Assembly (NCBI GenBank): GCA_001872735.1
Contig: MNWT01000024.1
Location: 1,480-65,479, forward strand
Source: Verrucomicrobia bacterium CG1_02_43_26
GTDB taxonomy: Bacteria; Verrucomicrobiota; Verrucomicrobiia; Opitutales; CG1-02-43-26
Direction of reading: 5' to 3'
DNA length: 64,000 nucleotides
Shown: positions 1-8,246 of the stretch, piece by piece
How positions within the stretch are numbered: the stretch's first letter is position 1
How the letters are laid out: each line of letters opens with the position of its first letter
Position numbers and translations under genes: made by a program
The notes under the pieces: generated by a model
Told to the model about the DNA's origin: nothing
The model's input: the letters and a program-made list of their open reading frames with translations, nothing else
Database searches by the model: none

Positions 1-301
1 GATGTTCAAAGTGGATCAGTAATTTATATAAATCGAAGTCAGATATGCGCTTATTTGAAGTGATATCAGCGATAACGCTTTCTAAGTCCCAATTGTGATT
101 CTTCCAGGTGTTTACGTTTCGGTTGATTAAAGCGATTTCATTGATGGGAAGATTTATATCTTTAGAAACAGAAACCCTGCCGGTGGGTGACTCGGATTTA
201 GCGATAACCGGTTTATCGTTATTCGAATTATGATGATTCGTGTAAACGCTATTATTATTACTATTATTACTATTATTACTTAAGTTATTGTTGGTATTCA
301 T
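1..301 (-). CDS. hypothetical protein, first 100 codons only (runs off the window start); Asn/Ser-rich N-terminus
   Basis: My own minus-strand translation from ATG 301..299 gives MNTNNNLSNNSNNSNNNSVYTNHHNSNNDKPVIAKSESPTGRVSVSKDINLPINEIALINRNVNTWKNHNWDLESVIADITSNKRISDFDLYKLLIHFEH. The frame stays open to position 1. It is absent from the supplied ORF track, presumably because it is truncated. No family recognised. Confidence 0.4.
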   Translation of the reverse strand, partial: MNTNNNLSNNSNNSNNNSVYTNHHNSNNDKPVIAKSESPTGRVSVSKDINLPINEIALINRNVNTWKNHNWDLESVIADITSNKRISDFDLYKLLIHFEH

Positions 302-432
302 GATATTGTGTGATAATAATATACTTTCCTGTTTTAATGTCAAATTATTTATACGTTTCATTTTAGTTGATTCTGGTTGAATAATTTAAACAAAACCCTC
401 AGGAGAGCTGATTTATAGCTATTGACAGCTCG

Positions 433-1830
433 TTGGGCGGCGGTAAACTGGAGGTTGATTCAGAACACCTCAACTATCCCGATTCCGAGCCAGTGGCCAT
501 TGTTAAAGTAAGAGAGCATTTTAGGGAGCTATATGGCAATCAAGTCGTCCGCGGGACTTTTTGGACGCTGTTTGGCTACGGTGTGAGCCAAGTATTGCGG
601 TTGGGAGGGAATTTGATCTTAACGCGACTCCTCTTCCCTGAAGCCTTTGGCTTAATGGCACTGATTAGCATGTTTATGATTGCGGCCGAGATGTTTTCCG
701 ATGTAGGGATAGGGCCGAGTATTATCCAAAATAAGCGAGGGAACGATCCTGTTTTTTTGAATACGGCGTGGACGATACAAAGCATACGGGGATTTTTTTT
801 GTGGATGGCATTGTGTATCCTGGCATGGCCCATGTCACAATTTTACGAGGAGAAGCTGATTGCGGTGATGCTGCCCGTTGTGGGCTTCAATATGCTATTA
901 GGAGGATTGAATACGACAGCGTTTTTCACCCTCAACAGAAGGTTAGAATTGGCCAGGATAACGCTGGTAGATCTCGGTTGCCAGATAGGCGGGCTCGTTG
1001 CGATGGTTTTATGGGCATGGATATACCCAACAGTCTGGGCACTTGTTTTCGGAGGTGTATTTGCAACGACATTGAAGTTAATGGCGGGCCATATATTTTT
1101 ACCGGCACTGACGAAACACCGTTTTCATTTTGATCGCGAGTGCATGCGCTCCCTCTTTCGTTTTGGCAGGTGGATATTTTTGAGCACTATATTTGGCTTT
1201 TTCGCGGGGCAAGGAGACAGAGTGATCCTGGGAAAAGTGTTAACACTGGCGCAATTGGGAGTATATTCTATTGCCAGTATGTTAGCCGATGGGGTGATCA
1301 GCGCATTAGAAAGCTTAGCCAGCAAGGTGCTTTTCCCCCTTTATTCGCGTTTGGCGGAAGGAGATCCTGCTGAAATGCGGCACAAAATAGGGAAGTTACG
1401 CTTGAAGTTACTGCTAGCTACGCTGCTACCGATTTGCCTGATTATTGCGGGGGGAGACCACTTGATTGCGTTTATGTATGACCACCGCTATCATAACGCC
1501 GGCTGGATGTTACAAATATTGAGTATTGGTGCCTTGGCAGCTTCTGTAAATATTATGATTGCCCCGATCGTGATTTCGCACGGGGATTCCTTCGGGTTTA
1601 TGATAACGGTTTTCTTAAGTGCATTCACTCTATTACTATGTATGTTCATAGGGGGATTTCTATGGGGATCCTTTGGGCTTGTGTTGGGTATAACCGTATC
1701 CTCGTTTGCTTATTACCCGGTGATGGCTTATTTCGCTTATCGATACAGGATATGGACACCGGTGATGGACTTTACGTATATAGCGGGTGGGGGAATACTA
1801 TCCTTAACCGGCTGGATCTTGCTGCATTAA
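433..1830 (+). CDS. polysaccharide/O-antigen flippase, Wzx-like (MOP/PST family) membrane protein
   Basis: 465-aa polytopic membrane protein. N-terminal region RGTFWTLFGYGVSQVLRLGGNLILTRLLFPEAFGLMALI is typical of PST/Wzx flippases. The start is TTG, so it is uncertain. Confidence 0.7.
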   Translation: MGGGKLEVDSEHLNYPDSEPVAIVKVREHFRELYGNQVVRGTFWTLFGYGVSQVLRLGGNLILTRLLFPEAFGLMALISMFMIAAEMFSDVGIGPSIIQNKRGNDPVFLNTAWTIQSIRGFFLWMALCILAWPMSQFYEEKLIAVMLPVVGFNMLLGGLNTTAFFTLNRRLELARITLVDLGCQIGGLVAMVLWAWIYPTVWALVFGGVFATTLKLMAGHIFLPALTKHRFHFDRECMRSLFRFGRWIFLSTIFGFFAGQGDRVILGKVLTLAQLGVYSIASMLADGVISALESLASKVLFPLYSRLAEGDPAEMRHKIGKLRLKLLLATLLPICLIIAGGDHLIAFMYDHRYHNAGWMLQILSIGALAASVNIMIAPIVISHGDSFGFMITVFLSAFTLLLCMFIGGFLWGSFGLVLGITVSSFAYYPVMAYFAYRYRIWTPVMDFTYIAGGGILSLTGWILLH

Positions 1831-1854
1831 AAGAATTTACATCTATTATTAACT

Positions 1855-2559
1855 ATGTTACGAACGAGAAGTATGAAAGTCCCCTCCCTTGCCCCGTTTA
1901 CGAGAAGAATTTTAGCGCTCCTGGGTCTATTGGGGTTAGCTGTTGCGCTGGTTGGTTGTGGTGCGCGACAACGAGCAGATATAAAAGAACGTTCTTACAC
2001 ACCCTTTGAGGCATCAAATATTTATTCCGCTAATACATTACCGGACGACTTAAAGCGAGTAGCCATGTTGCCCATGTATGATACACAAATATCTGATGAG
2101 CAATTGGAGATGATGGACCAAACCTTTTTAGGAGAACTCAATAAGCAGAACCTCTTTGAAGTAGTCTATATTAGCCGGGATGATTTAGAGTATTTGTTTA
2201 AACAGAGGCAGTTTAACTCTGCGGAAGCCCTGCCGGCTAATTTCTTCAAAGTGATTCAGCAAACGTATGCCACCAATGGGGTTATATTTCTTGATTTAAC
2301 TCATTATCAACCCTACCGACCTATATCTATAGGGGTACGCAGCAAATTGGTAGATATATCTAATGGCAGTATTTTATGGGCATTTGATACGGTATTTGAC
2401 TCTGGAAACCCGCATGTGGCATCAGCAGCGAGGCAATTTCAGATGAACTATAACAAGGCTTCGTATCCATTAGATACCGGAGGCGTGATTTTGAAGAGCC
2501 CACGTATTTTTTCTAAATATGTTGCCTATGAGATGTTTAGCACCATTCCGAGGCGTTAA
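1855..2559 (+). CDS. lipoprotein, function unknown
   Basis: Signal peptide with lipobox LLGLAVALVGC. No catalytic motif recognised. Confidence 0.55.
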   Translation: MLRTRSMKVPSLAPFTRRILALLGLLGLAVALVGCGARQRADIKERSYTPFEASNIYSANTLPDDLKRVAMLPMYDTQISDEQLEMMDQTFLGELNKQNLFEVVYISRDDLEYLFKQRQFNSAEALPANFFKVIQQTYATNGVIFLDLTHYQPYRPISIGVRSKLVDISNGSILWAFDTVFDSGNPHVASAARQFQMNYNKASYPLDTGGVILKSPRIFSKYVAYEMFSTIPRR

Positions 2560-2592
2560 TATGAGAAAAAAATAAAAAATTGTAATTTTTAC

Positions 2593-2619
2593 TAAAGAAA
2601 TCGAATTTTTGACCGACTT
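2593..2619 (+). promoter_or_regulatory. possible sigma-28 (FliA)-type promoter upstream of flgM
   Basis: TAAAGAAA-N11-ACCGACTT versus the consensus TAAAGTTT-N11-GCCGATAA, with correct spacing and partial matches. It lies very close to the ATG at 2631, which leaves almost no leader. Confidence 0.25.
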
Positions 2620-2630
2620 GAAGGATAGCC

Positions 2631-2951
2631 ATGGATATACACCCTACAAAATCAAATGAATCTACGCATAGCTTGGATAAAACACATCATTCCAGAAAAT
2701 CATCGGGAAAGGGATCCATTCCCGCAAAAGGAGGAAGCCACTCTCATGGAGATGAAGCGAGCTCAACAGCTCCTGTGGATAAGTTAAGAGTTTTTGCTAC
2801 AGAAGTAGAAAAAATTGACGATATAAGAATGGACAAAGTTGAGGATGCTAAGAAGAAGATAAATGATCCGAACTATTTTAGTGAGGAGAAGTATGGGCAA
2901 CTGGCGGATTCAATATTGTCTCAACTAAAAACCATGAGAGAAGAATTGTAG
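2631..2951 (+). CDS. flgM: anti-sigma-28 factor FlgM
   Basis: 106 aa with a disordered Ser/His/Lys-rich N-terminus. C-terminal DDIRMDKVEDAKKKINDPNYFSEEKYGQLADSIL matches the conserved FlgM C-terminal domain. Sits next to fliS. Confidence 0.6.
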   Translation: MDIHPTKSNESTHSLDKTHHSRKSSGKGSIPAKGGSHSHGDEASSTAPVDKLRVFATEVEKIDDIRMDKVEDAKKKINDPNYFSEEKYGQLADSILSQLKTMREEL

Positions 2952-2990
2952 TCAAGCACAGAAACTTGTTACCCAACCCCAGACGAGACC

Positions 2991-3419
2991 ATGAGTTATA
3001 AAAAGTTCGCAAAAACATACAAAACAACGGCAATGGAAACGGCATCCCCTGGAAAGATTATCTTAATGTTGTTCGATGGTGCCTTGAAGTTCATAGCTAC
3101 GGCAAAAGTTGGCTTTGGAGAGGCAGATGCCCGAATTCGTAACGAGACGATTAATAACAACGTTGTCAAGGCGAGGAATATAGTACTGGAGTTACAAGCG
3201 AGCTTGGATCGCTCTGTGGGCGGTGAATTTGCACAAAAGATGTTTGAGTTGTATGATTACATGTATGCCAAGTTAAATGAGGCAAATGTGAAGAAAGAGC
3301 TCAACCCGTTGGAAGATGTGGAATCGAAATTGATGGTGATAAGGGACGCGTGGAATGAAATGCTAACAAAGGGGGAAACGACAGAAGTTGAATCCAACAG
3401 CATTTCTTGCAGCGCGTAA
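2991..3419 (+). CDS. fliS: flagellar export chaperone FliS
   Basis: TASPGKIILMLFDGALKF, KARNIVLELQASLDRSVGGEFAQKMFELYDYMYAKLNEAN and IRDAWNEM follow the FliS consensus. Confidence 0.8.
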   Translation: MSYKKFAKTYKTTAMETASPGKIILMLFDGALKFIATAKVGFGEADARIRNETINNNVVKARNIVLELQASLDRSVGGEFAQKMFELYDYMYAKLNEANVKKELNPLEDVESKLMVIRDAWNEMLTKGETTEVESNSISCSA

Positions 3420-3429
3420 GGGATAATTT

Positions 3430-3819
3430 ATGGGAGAGAAATCAGAAGCTGCGTTGTGGAGGTTATTGGAAGACCTGGAAGACCTTATTGAGCAAGAAGC
3501 CTTTGTTATCAAACAGTATAGTTTTGATGAACTAGGCAAAGTGCTAGAGAAGAAAGAAACCGTTATTCAAGGCTTGGTTAAAGCAAGCCAAGAGAGCGGG
3601 ATTAACCGCAAGACGAACGAGGAGTTTGGAAGGCGTATGGATAGGGTGTTGGGTTCGCAGCGAGATAATTCCGATGAATTGTTACACAATATGGAGTTGG
3701 TGAAGCAAGAGCTTCAGAACAACGCCCGTGCTAAAGGAAAGTTGCGGGGGATAAAAGGCACGTACGGCAGCATGTCTGCCGTAGTGAGTAGTGGCCAGCA
3801 AGCAAAGCATAGCGTTTAG
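3430..3819 (+). CDS. small helical protein, possibly an FlgN/FliT-type flagellar chaperone
   Basis: 129 aa, helical and acidic at the N-terminus, located directly after flgM-fliS. Only a loose resemblance to FlgN. Confidence 0.35.
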   Translation: MGEKSEAALWRLLEDLEDLIEQEAFVIKQYSFDELGKVLEKKETVIQGLVKASQESGINRKTNEEFGRRMDRVLGSQRDNSDELLHNMELVKQELQNNARAKGKLRGIKGTYGSMSAVVSSGQQAKHSV

Positions 3820-3874
3820 CTACCAATATTTGATTAGCTTTGACAGTGTTGTGGTGTTTTGCCATTGTTTTGGC

Positions 3875-4750
3875 ATGATAAATTTGACTCTGTTGAAACG
3901 TTCGAAAGTGTTATTTTTGGGGATATGTGCCCTTTCTGCTCCTCTTTTAGCAGTGGGCTGCGAGGGATGCAAGCCACTCGAATTAGAGCGGGAGCCAGCC
4001 GCAAGCGCAGGCTATATGGATAGCAGCGTAGAGGCCAATACGCTTTTTAATGAGACATGGGCTGCGCTGGCCAGTAAGCAAGGCGGCGAGGAGAATATAC
4101 ATTTTCCTAAAAAAATCTTGTGGTTAACCGGTGCACCAGGAGCGGGAAAGGGCTATCATTCTCCAGCAATCATGGAGTATTCAGGGATCACCTCAGAACC
4201 GATTGTGACAAGTGATCTGTTAAGAAAACCTGAGTTTATGGAGCGCATCAATTCCGGGTTGCTGATTAATGACAGAGTCGTTGTTGAAGAACTGTTTAAT
4301 ACACTTATGGAGCCCGGCTATCAAGCAGGCTGTATCATTGATGGTTTTCCACGGACAATGGTTCAAGCAGAGATAGTGACATTGATGTATGAAAAACTAA
4401 AAGACAGCGGCGTGGCCTTTTATGTGATTTTATTGGATGTGAACGAAGATTTGAGCGTGGAGAGGCAGTTATCACGAGGCCGAAAGGCAGTGGAGCATAA
4501 TAAGCGCGTCCAGGAAACCGGAGTTGGGGAACTTATAACGGTTCGCGCCACGGATGTGGATGAAACTTATGCACGCAAGCGTTTTGAAATCTTTTTAGAA
4601 CAAAGCTACTCTGCCTTTGAAGTCATGAGAAAGCAGTTTCCGTTTAATGACATTGATGCCAGTGCGCCTGAGGCTGAAATAAAAGAAGCAATTCGTAAGG
4701 AAGTTCTTTGGCAAGAAGGCTTAAACGCGGGTTACGCGGCGAGGAATTAG
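3875..4750 (+). CDS. adenylate kinase-family (NMP kinase) protein with an N-terminal lipoprotein signal
   Basis: I moved the start to ATG 3875 (MINLTLLKRSKVLFLGICALSAPLLAVGC, signal plus Cys). Kinase core motifs are the P-loop LTGAPGAGKG, SDLLR, IIDGFPRT..QAE, SRGRK and RATDVDE..RKRFE, which align with Adk motifs. Confidence 0.65.
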   Translation: MINLTLLKRSKVLFLGICALSAPLLAVGCEGCKPLELEREPAASAGYMDSSVEANTLFNETWAALASKQGGEENIHFPKKILWLTGAPGAGKGYHSPAIMEYSGITSEPIVTSDLLRKPEFMERINSGLLINDRVVVEELFNTLMEPGYQAGCIIDGFPRTMVQAEIVTLMYEKLKDSGVAFYVILLDVNEDLSVERQLSRGRKAVEHNKRVQETGVGELITVRATDVDETYARKRFEIFLEQSYSAFEVMRKQFPFNDIDASAPEAEIKEAIRKEVLWQEGLNAGYAARN

Positions 4751-4791
4751 AGGTTAGTTTAGGGTTGTTCGATCACCCTTAATTTGTTTGA

Positions 4792-4821
4792 ATCGGGGTA
4801 GTTCACTGGTGCTACCCCGAT
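4792..4821 (+). promoter_or_regulatory. perfect 10-bp stem hairpin abutting the ATG at 4822
   Basis: ATCGGGGTAG (4792-4801), loop ttcactggtg, CTACCCCGAT (4812-4821), then ATG at 4822. No T-run follows, so it is not a classical terminator. Confidence 0.4.
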
Positions 4822-5196
4822 ATGCTTAAAGAAGTTGAGAATGTTCATCAGTCGCAAGGCCCTGGTTTTAGACGTTGGTTTACGGATGATTTGCTGGAGC
4901 TAATTGTTTGGTATGATGATGACAATTATTTAGAAGGCTTTCAGCTTTGCTATTATGATGAGGAAGACCCTTGTGCGTTAACGTGGCGCAGTGACAGCAG
5001 TGTGATTTATAGCCATATAGACGTAGGTGATGAGAATCCGCTGGTGAATCAGACCCCCATTTTGCATCCAAGGCAGCATTATTCCGTTGCTATGCTGAAG
5101 CAGCTTTTTGCGGAAAGGTGCCCGGATATAGACAAAAGCTTAAGCATACATATTTTAAATGTATTGGAGAAGGAGCACTTGAAGGGATCCTTTTAG
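4822..5196 (+). CDS. hypothetical protein (124 aa)
   Basis: Clean ORF with composition like its neighbours. No motif recognised. Confidence 0.5.
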   Translation: MLKEVENVHQSQGPGFRRWFTDDLLELIVWYDDDNYLEGFQLCYYDEEDPCALTWRSDSSVIYSHIDVGDENPLVNQTPILHPRQHYSVAMLKQLFAERCPDIDKSLSIHILNVLEKEHLKGSF

Positions 5197-5197
5197 G

Positions 5198-5710
5198 TTA
5201 AGCGGAATCTTCTTGCAGGAGCTTTTTGTAGATACGGTTTTGTGTACGCGGGAGCTTTTTGACATCGTAGGCACATTGCTCAAGGCGTTTTAAGCCGAAA
5301 CGGTAGGCCGCAGATAGTTTAGCATAGGAGAACTGGCCTTTATTTTCGAGTTCCTGTTTACAAAATGAGAGGTAGCGTATGCCGTTGTGGACATTGCTCT
5401 TCCAATCCCAGGCCTTAGTGTAGGGCTCGTCTGTAACTGTTTTCCAAGCCGGTAGACTCATTTGCATGATTCCGCGAGCGAATTTGCTTTGGGCAACAGG
5501 GTTGAGATTACTTTCCGCAAGCGCTATATTGTAGACGAACTCAGGGTCTAAGTCGTACTGAGGGGCAACCATGGCAATCTCGTCCACAATACTATCGTTT
5601 GAGAGACGTATGGCGGCCTGAGTCTTATATGTCCATATGAGACCCTGGATGGTAATGACCACAATGGTGAGGGCGACTAAGTGGTTTGGCCTTAAATTGA
5701 TACGAGACAT
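5198..5710 (-). CDS. lytic transglycosylase (SLT domain), membrane-anchored
   Basis: N-terminal TM helix, then IALAESNLNPVAQSKFARGIMQM, which matches the SLT catalytic E-S ... G-[LI]-M-Q motif. Confidence 0.7.
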   Translation of the reverse strand: MSRINLRPNHLVALTIVVITIQGLIWTYKTQAAIRLSNDSIVDEIAMVAPQYDLDPEFVYNIALAESNLNPVAQSKFARGIMQMSLPAWKTVTDEPYTKAWDWKSNVHNGIRYLSFCKQELENKGQFSYAKLSAAYRFGLKRLEQCAYDVKKLPRTQNRIYKKLLQEDSA

Positions 5711-5777
5711 GATAACGTTTACGTAATTTTATTAAGCGATTGTTCTCGATAAATGGCAATAGGAAATTGAATAGCTG

Positions 5778-8078
5778 TTAACCCGCGATTTGCTCTCGGA
5801 ACTTTTCTATACGAAGCGGGTTACCTACGACCATGAGGACATCGTCCGCCTTTACCGTTTCTTCCGGTAGAGGCGCGGTGATTTGATCTTCTCCTCGCTG
5901 GATACCGATGACGTTTATGCCATGTTCGCGACGTAAATTAGCATCAGCCAGAGTGCTGCCATCGAGTAGAGAATCCTTTTGGACAAAGATTTGTTCGATC
6001 TCGAAAGAGTGGCTACGAGCGACCTCATGTTCACGAGATTGCTCATTAAAGATATCCATTGCCTGGTTTTTTTGATCCTCATTACCGAGGAGAATGATGT
6101 GGTCTCCCGGGAACAGAGGTGCATCAGGTGAGGGATCGTAGATGGTATATTTACCGCGATTAAGCCCGATGATAGAGGCACCTGTTTTATGACGTAAATT
6201 AAGCTCGGCGATGCTCTTACCACTCACACTGGAACCTTCCGGAAGAATGATATCATACAACGTGACCGGCCAGGGATATTTTTCTTTAATTTCCTTTAAC
6301 GTAGAATCCCGACGATCCTCTGATGTGGATTGAATTTCGGTATTGAAGCTTTCGATAAAGAGGTATTCCAGGCGACTGTTAATCTTTATGATATGCCTCC
6401 AGAAGAAGAGACTCATTGCAATAACAAGGCCTACGAAAACCGCTAAGGCAACGCCCGAAGGTAAATAAGCGGCGGCAACGGATAAATAGAGTCCGCCGAA
6501 GGTGATTAAGACAATGCATAGAATACCAGAGCTCAGGACGTTAACCAACCTGCCTTGAGTAAATTGCTTACGGGTGTTTATGCTAAATACTGCCTGAATG
6601 ATGAGCATTAAGACGAAATCCAGGTTGCGTATAATCGCAATTAGAAACGGTAAGCATCCTAGTGCGGCGGCAAGCCAAATGAGATTTTTGATTAAAATTT
6701 CGTAGTTGGCTAAATTTTCGCTATTCTCAACGTACTGAGAACTTAAGAACGCGATAACAATAACGCCGTTGAAAAGAAGGAAGTAGCTGATGATTTGTGC
6801 CGCGGGTCGAGACAGGAGCCTAAGGAAAGAGTTTCGGCTAAGACGATTTTTAACGATCGTTAAGAACGTGTTGTAAAACTCCGCCGCACTGCGTAACGGC
6901 TTCGGCGTAACATCTGCTAATGTATTGTAAATAGGAATAGAATGCTTAACTAATATCGGAACGACAATGATACTGCCTAAGGAAACGCCCACGGCAAGCG
7001 TCATAAGAGCAGGCTCGGTAACGTTGTATTGTATCCCCAACGCGGCAATAACGAAGCTGAATTCCCCGATTTGGGCTTTGCAGAGGGCGGCTCGAAAACC
7101 GGTTTTTGGTTTTTCACCCGTGAGGAAGAGCCCCCACCAGATACTAATTGTTTTACCAACCACGACGCAGCCGGTAAGGAAAACGATTGTGCCCCAGTAT
7201 TCCAGGAGAAGCTTAGGGTCTATAAGCATTCCAACGGTGACGAAGAAGACGGCAGTGAAGAGGTTTCGTAGCGGCTCAATTGCGTGCTCGATCTCAATCG
7301 CAAGCGGCTGTTGGGATATAATGGAACCTGCTAGAAAGGCACCCAAAGCGATTGAGAAGTTGTAGTGGTCTGCTAACTCTCCCACGCCTAATACGACCGC
7401 AATCGTGACGATGGTTAAGACCTCCGGGCTTTCAAATTTCTTTAGTAAGTTCAGGAGCTTAGGCGCGATCAGTTTACCGATAAAGTAAACCATGACAACG
7501 AATATGCCTACAAGGAAGATGACTTTACCAACGGCTCCCCAAGCGAAGTGGCCGCTGATACCCACACCGGTTAGGACAACGAGGACGATAATGGCCAAGA
7601 TGTCTTCCAATACCAGAATACCGATGGCGACTTGGGCGAAATTTGCCTTCAGGGATTTTTGCTCACGAAGGATGGGTATAGTGATCATAGTCGAGCTGAT
7701 TGCTAACAAACAGCCAAGAAAGAGACCGTTTATGCTAGACCAGCCAAGCAGAGGAGCCACCATGATCCCAATAAAGACCATAAGGGTTGTCTGAAAAGCC
7801 ACGGCAATGACAGCTGGGCCCATGATCCGTTTGAGCTTTGCGAGATCGAACTCCAATCCTATATAAAACATCAAGAAAATGACACCAAGCTCACTTAAGC
7901 TACGGATTGCCTCGAGGTCATGTATCGGTGACTGCGGTAAGAAATTAGGACCCACGAGAAGGCCGCTAATGAGGTAGCCCAGAAGTAACGGGAGCTTGAG
8001 CAACCGAAAGATGAAAGTAACGATTCCCGCGCAAATAATTACGATGGCTAGATCATGTAAAATATTACCTTCTACCAA
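5778..8078 (-). CDS. CPA2-family cation:proton antiporter (Kef-like) with two C-terminal RCK_C/TrkA-C domains
   Basis: 766 aa. N-terminal Na+/H+-exchanger-type TM region (GYLISGLLVGP, ELGVIFLMFYIGLEFD). The C-terminus carries two repeats of the TrkA-C pattern (GKSIAELNLRHKTGASIIGL..., GSTLADANLRREHGINVIGI...). Confidence 0.8.
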   Translation of the reverse strand: MVEGNILHDLAIVIICAGIVTFIFRLLKLPLLLGYLISGLLVGPNFLPQSPIHDLEAIRSLSELGVIFLMFYIGLEFDLAKLKRIMGPAVIAVAFQTTLMVFIGIMVAPLLGWSSINGLFLGCLLAISSTMITIPILREQKSLKANFAQVAIGILVLEDILAIIVLVVLTGVGISGHFAWGAVGKVIFLVGIFVVMVYFIGKLIAPKLLNLLKKFESPEVLTIVTIAVVLGVGELADHYNFSIALGAFLAGSIISQQPLAIEIEHAIEPLRNLFTAVFFVTVGMLIDPKLLLEYWGTIVFLTGCVVVGKTISIWWGLFLTGEKPKTGFRAALCKAQIGEFSFVIAALGIQYNVTEPALMTLAVGVSLGSIIVVPILVKHSIPIYNTLADVTPKPLRSAAEFYNTFLTIVKNRLSRNSFLRLLSRPAAQIISYFLLFNGVIVIAFLSSQYVENSENLANYEILIKNLIWLAAALGCLPFLIAIIRNLDFVLMLIIQAVFSINTRKQFTQGRLVNVLSSGILCIVLITFGGLYLSVAAAYLPSGVALAVFVGLVIAMSLFFWRHIIKINSRLEYLFIESFNTEIQSTSEDRRDSTLKEIKEKYPWPVTLYDIILPEGSSVSGKSIAELNLRHKTGASIIGLNRGKYTIYDPSPDAPLFPGDHIILLGNEDQKNQAMDIFNEQSREHEVARSHSFEIEQIFVQKDSLLDGSTLADANLRREHGINVIGIQRGEDQITAPLPEETVKADDVLMVVGNPLRIEKFREQIAG

Positions 8079-8246
8079 TGGAGTGACCCTTTCTTAATGT
8101 TTTGTGTTGTTTTTTTGTGGATACAATGAAAGGCTAGTGTAGGATAGGAGGCTTTTCAATATTGTTTTTTGGGTTTCTTGTTTTTTACCCCCGAAATATG
8201 CTTTTTCCCTTTCTTACAATGTGCTAATGTCTTGCATTAATTTACT

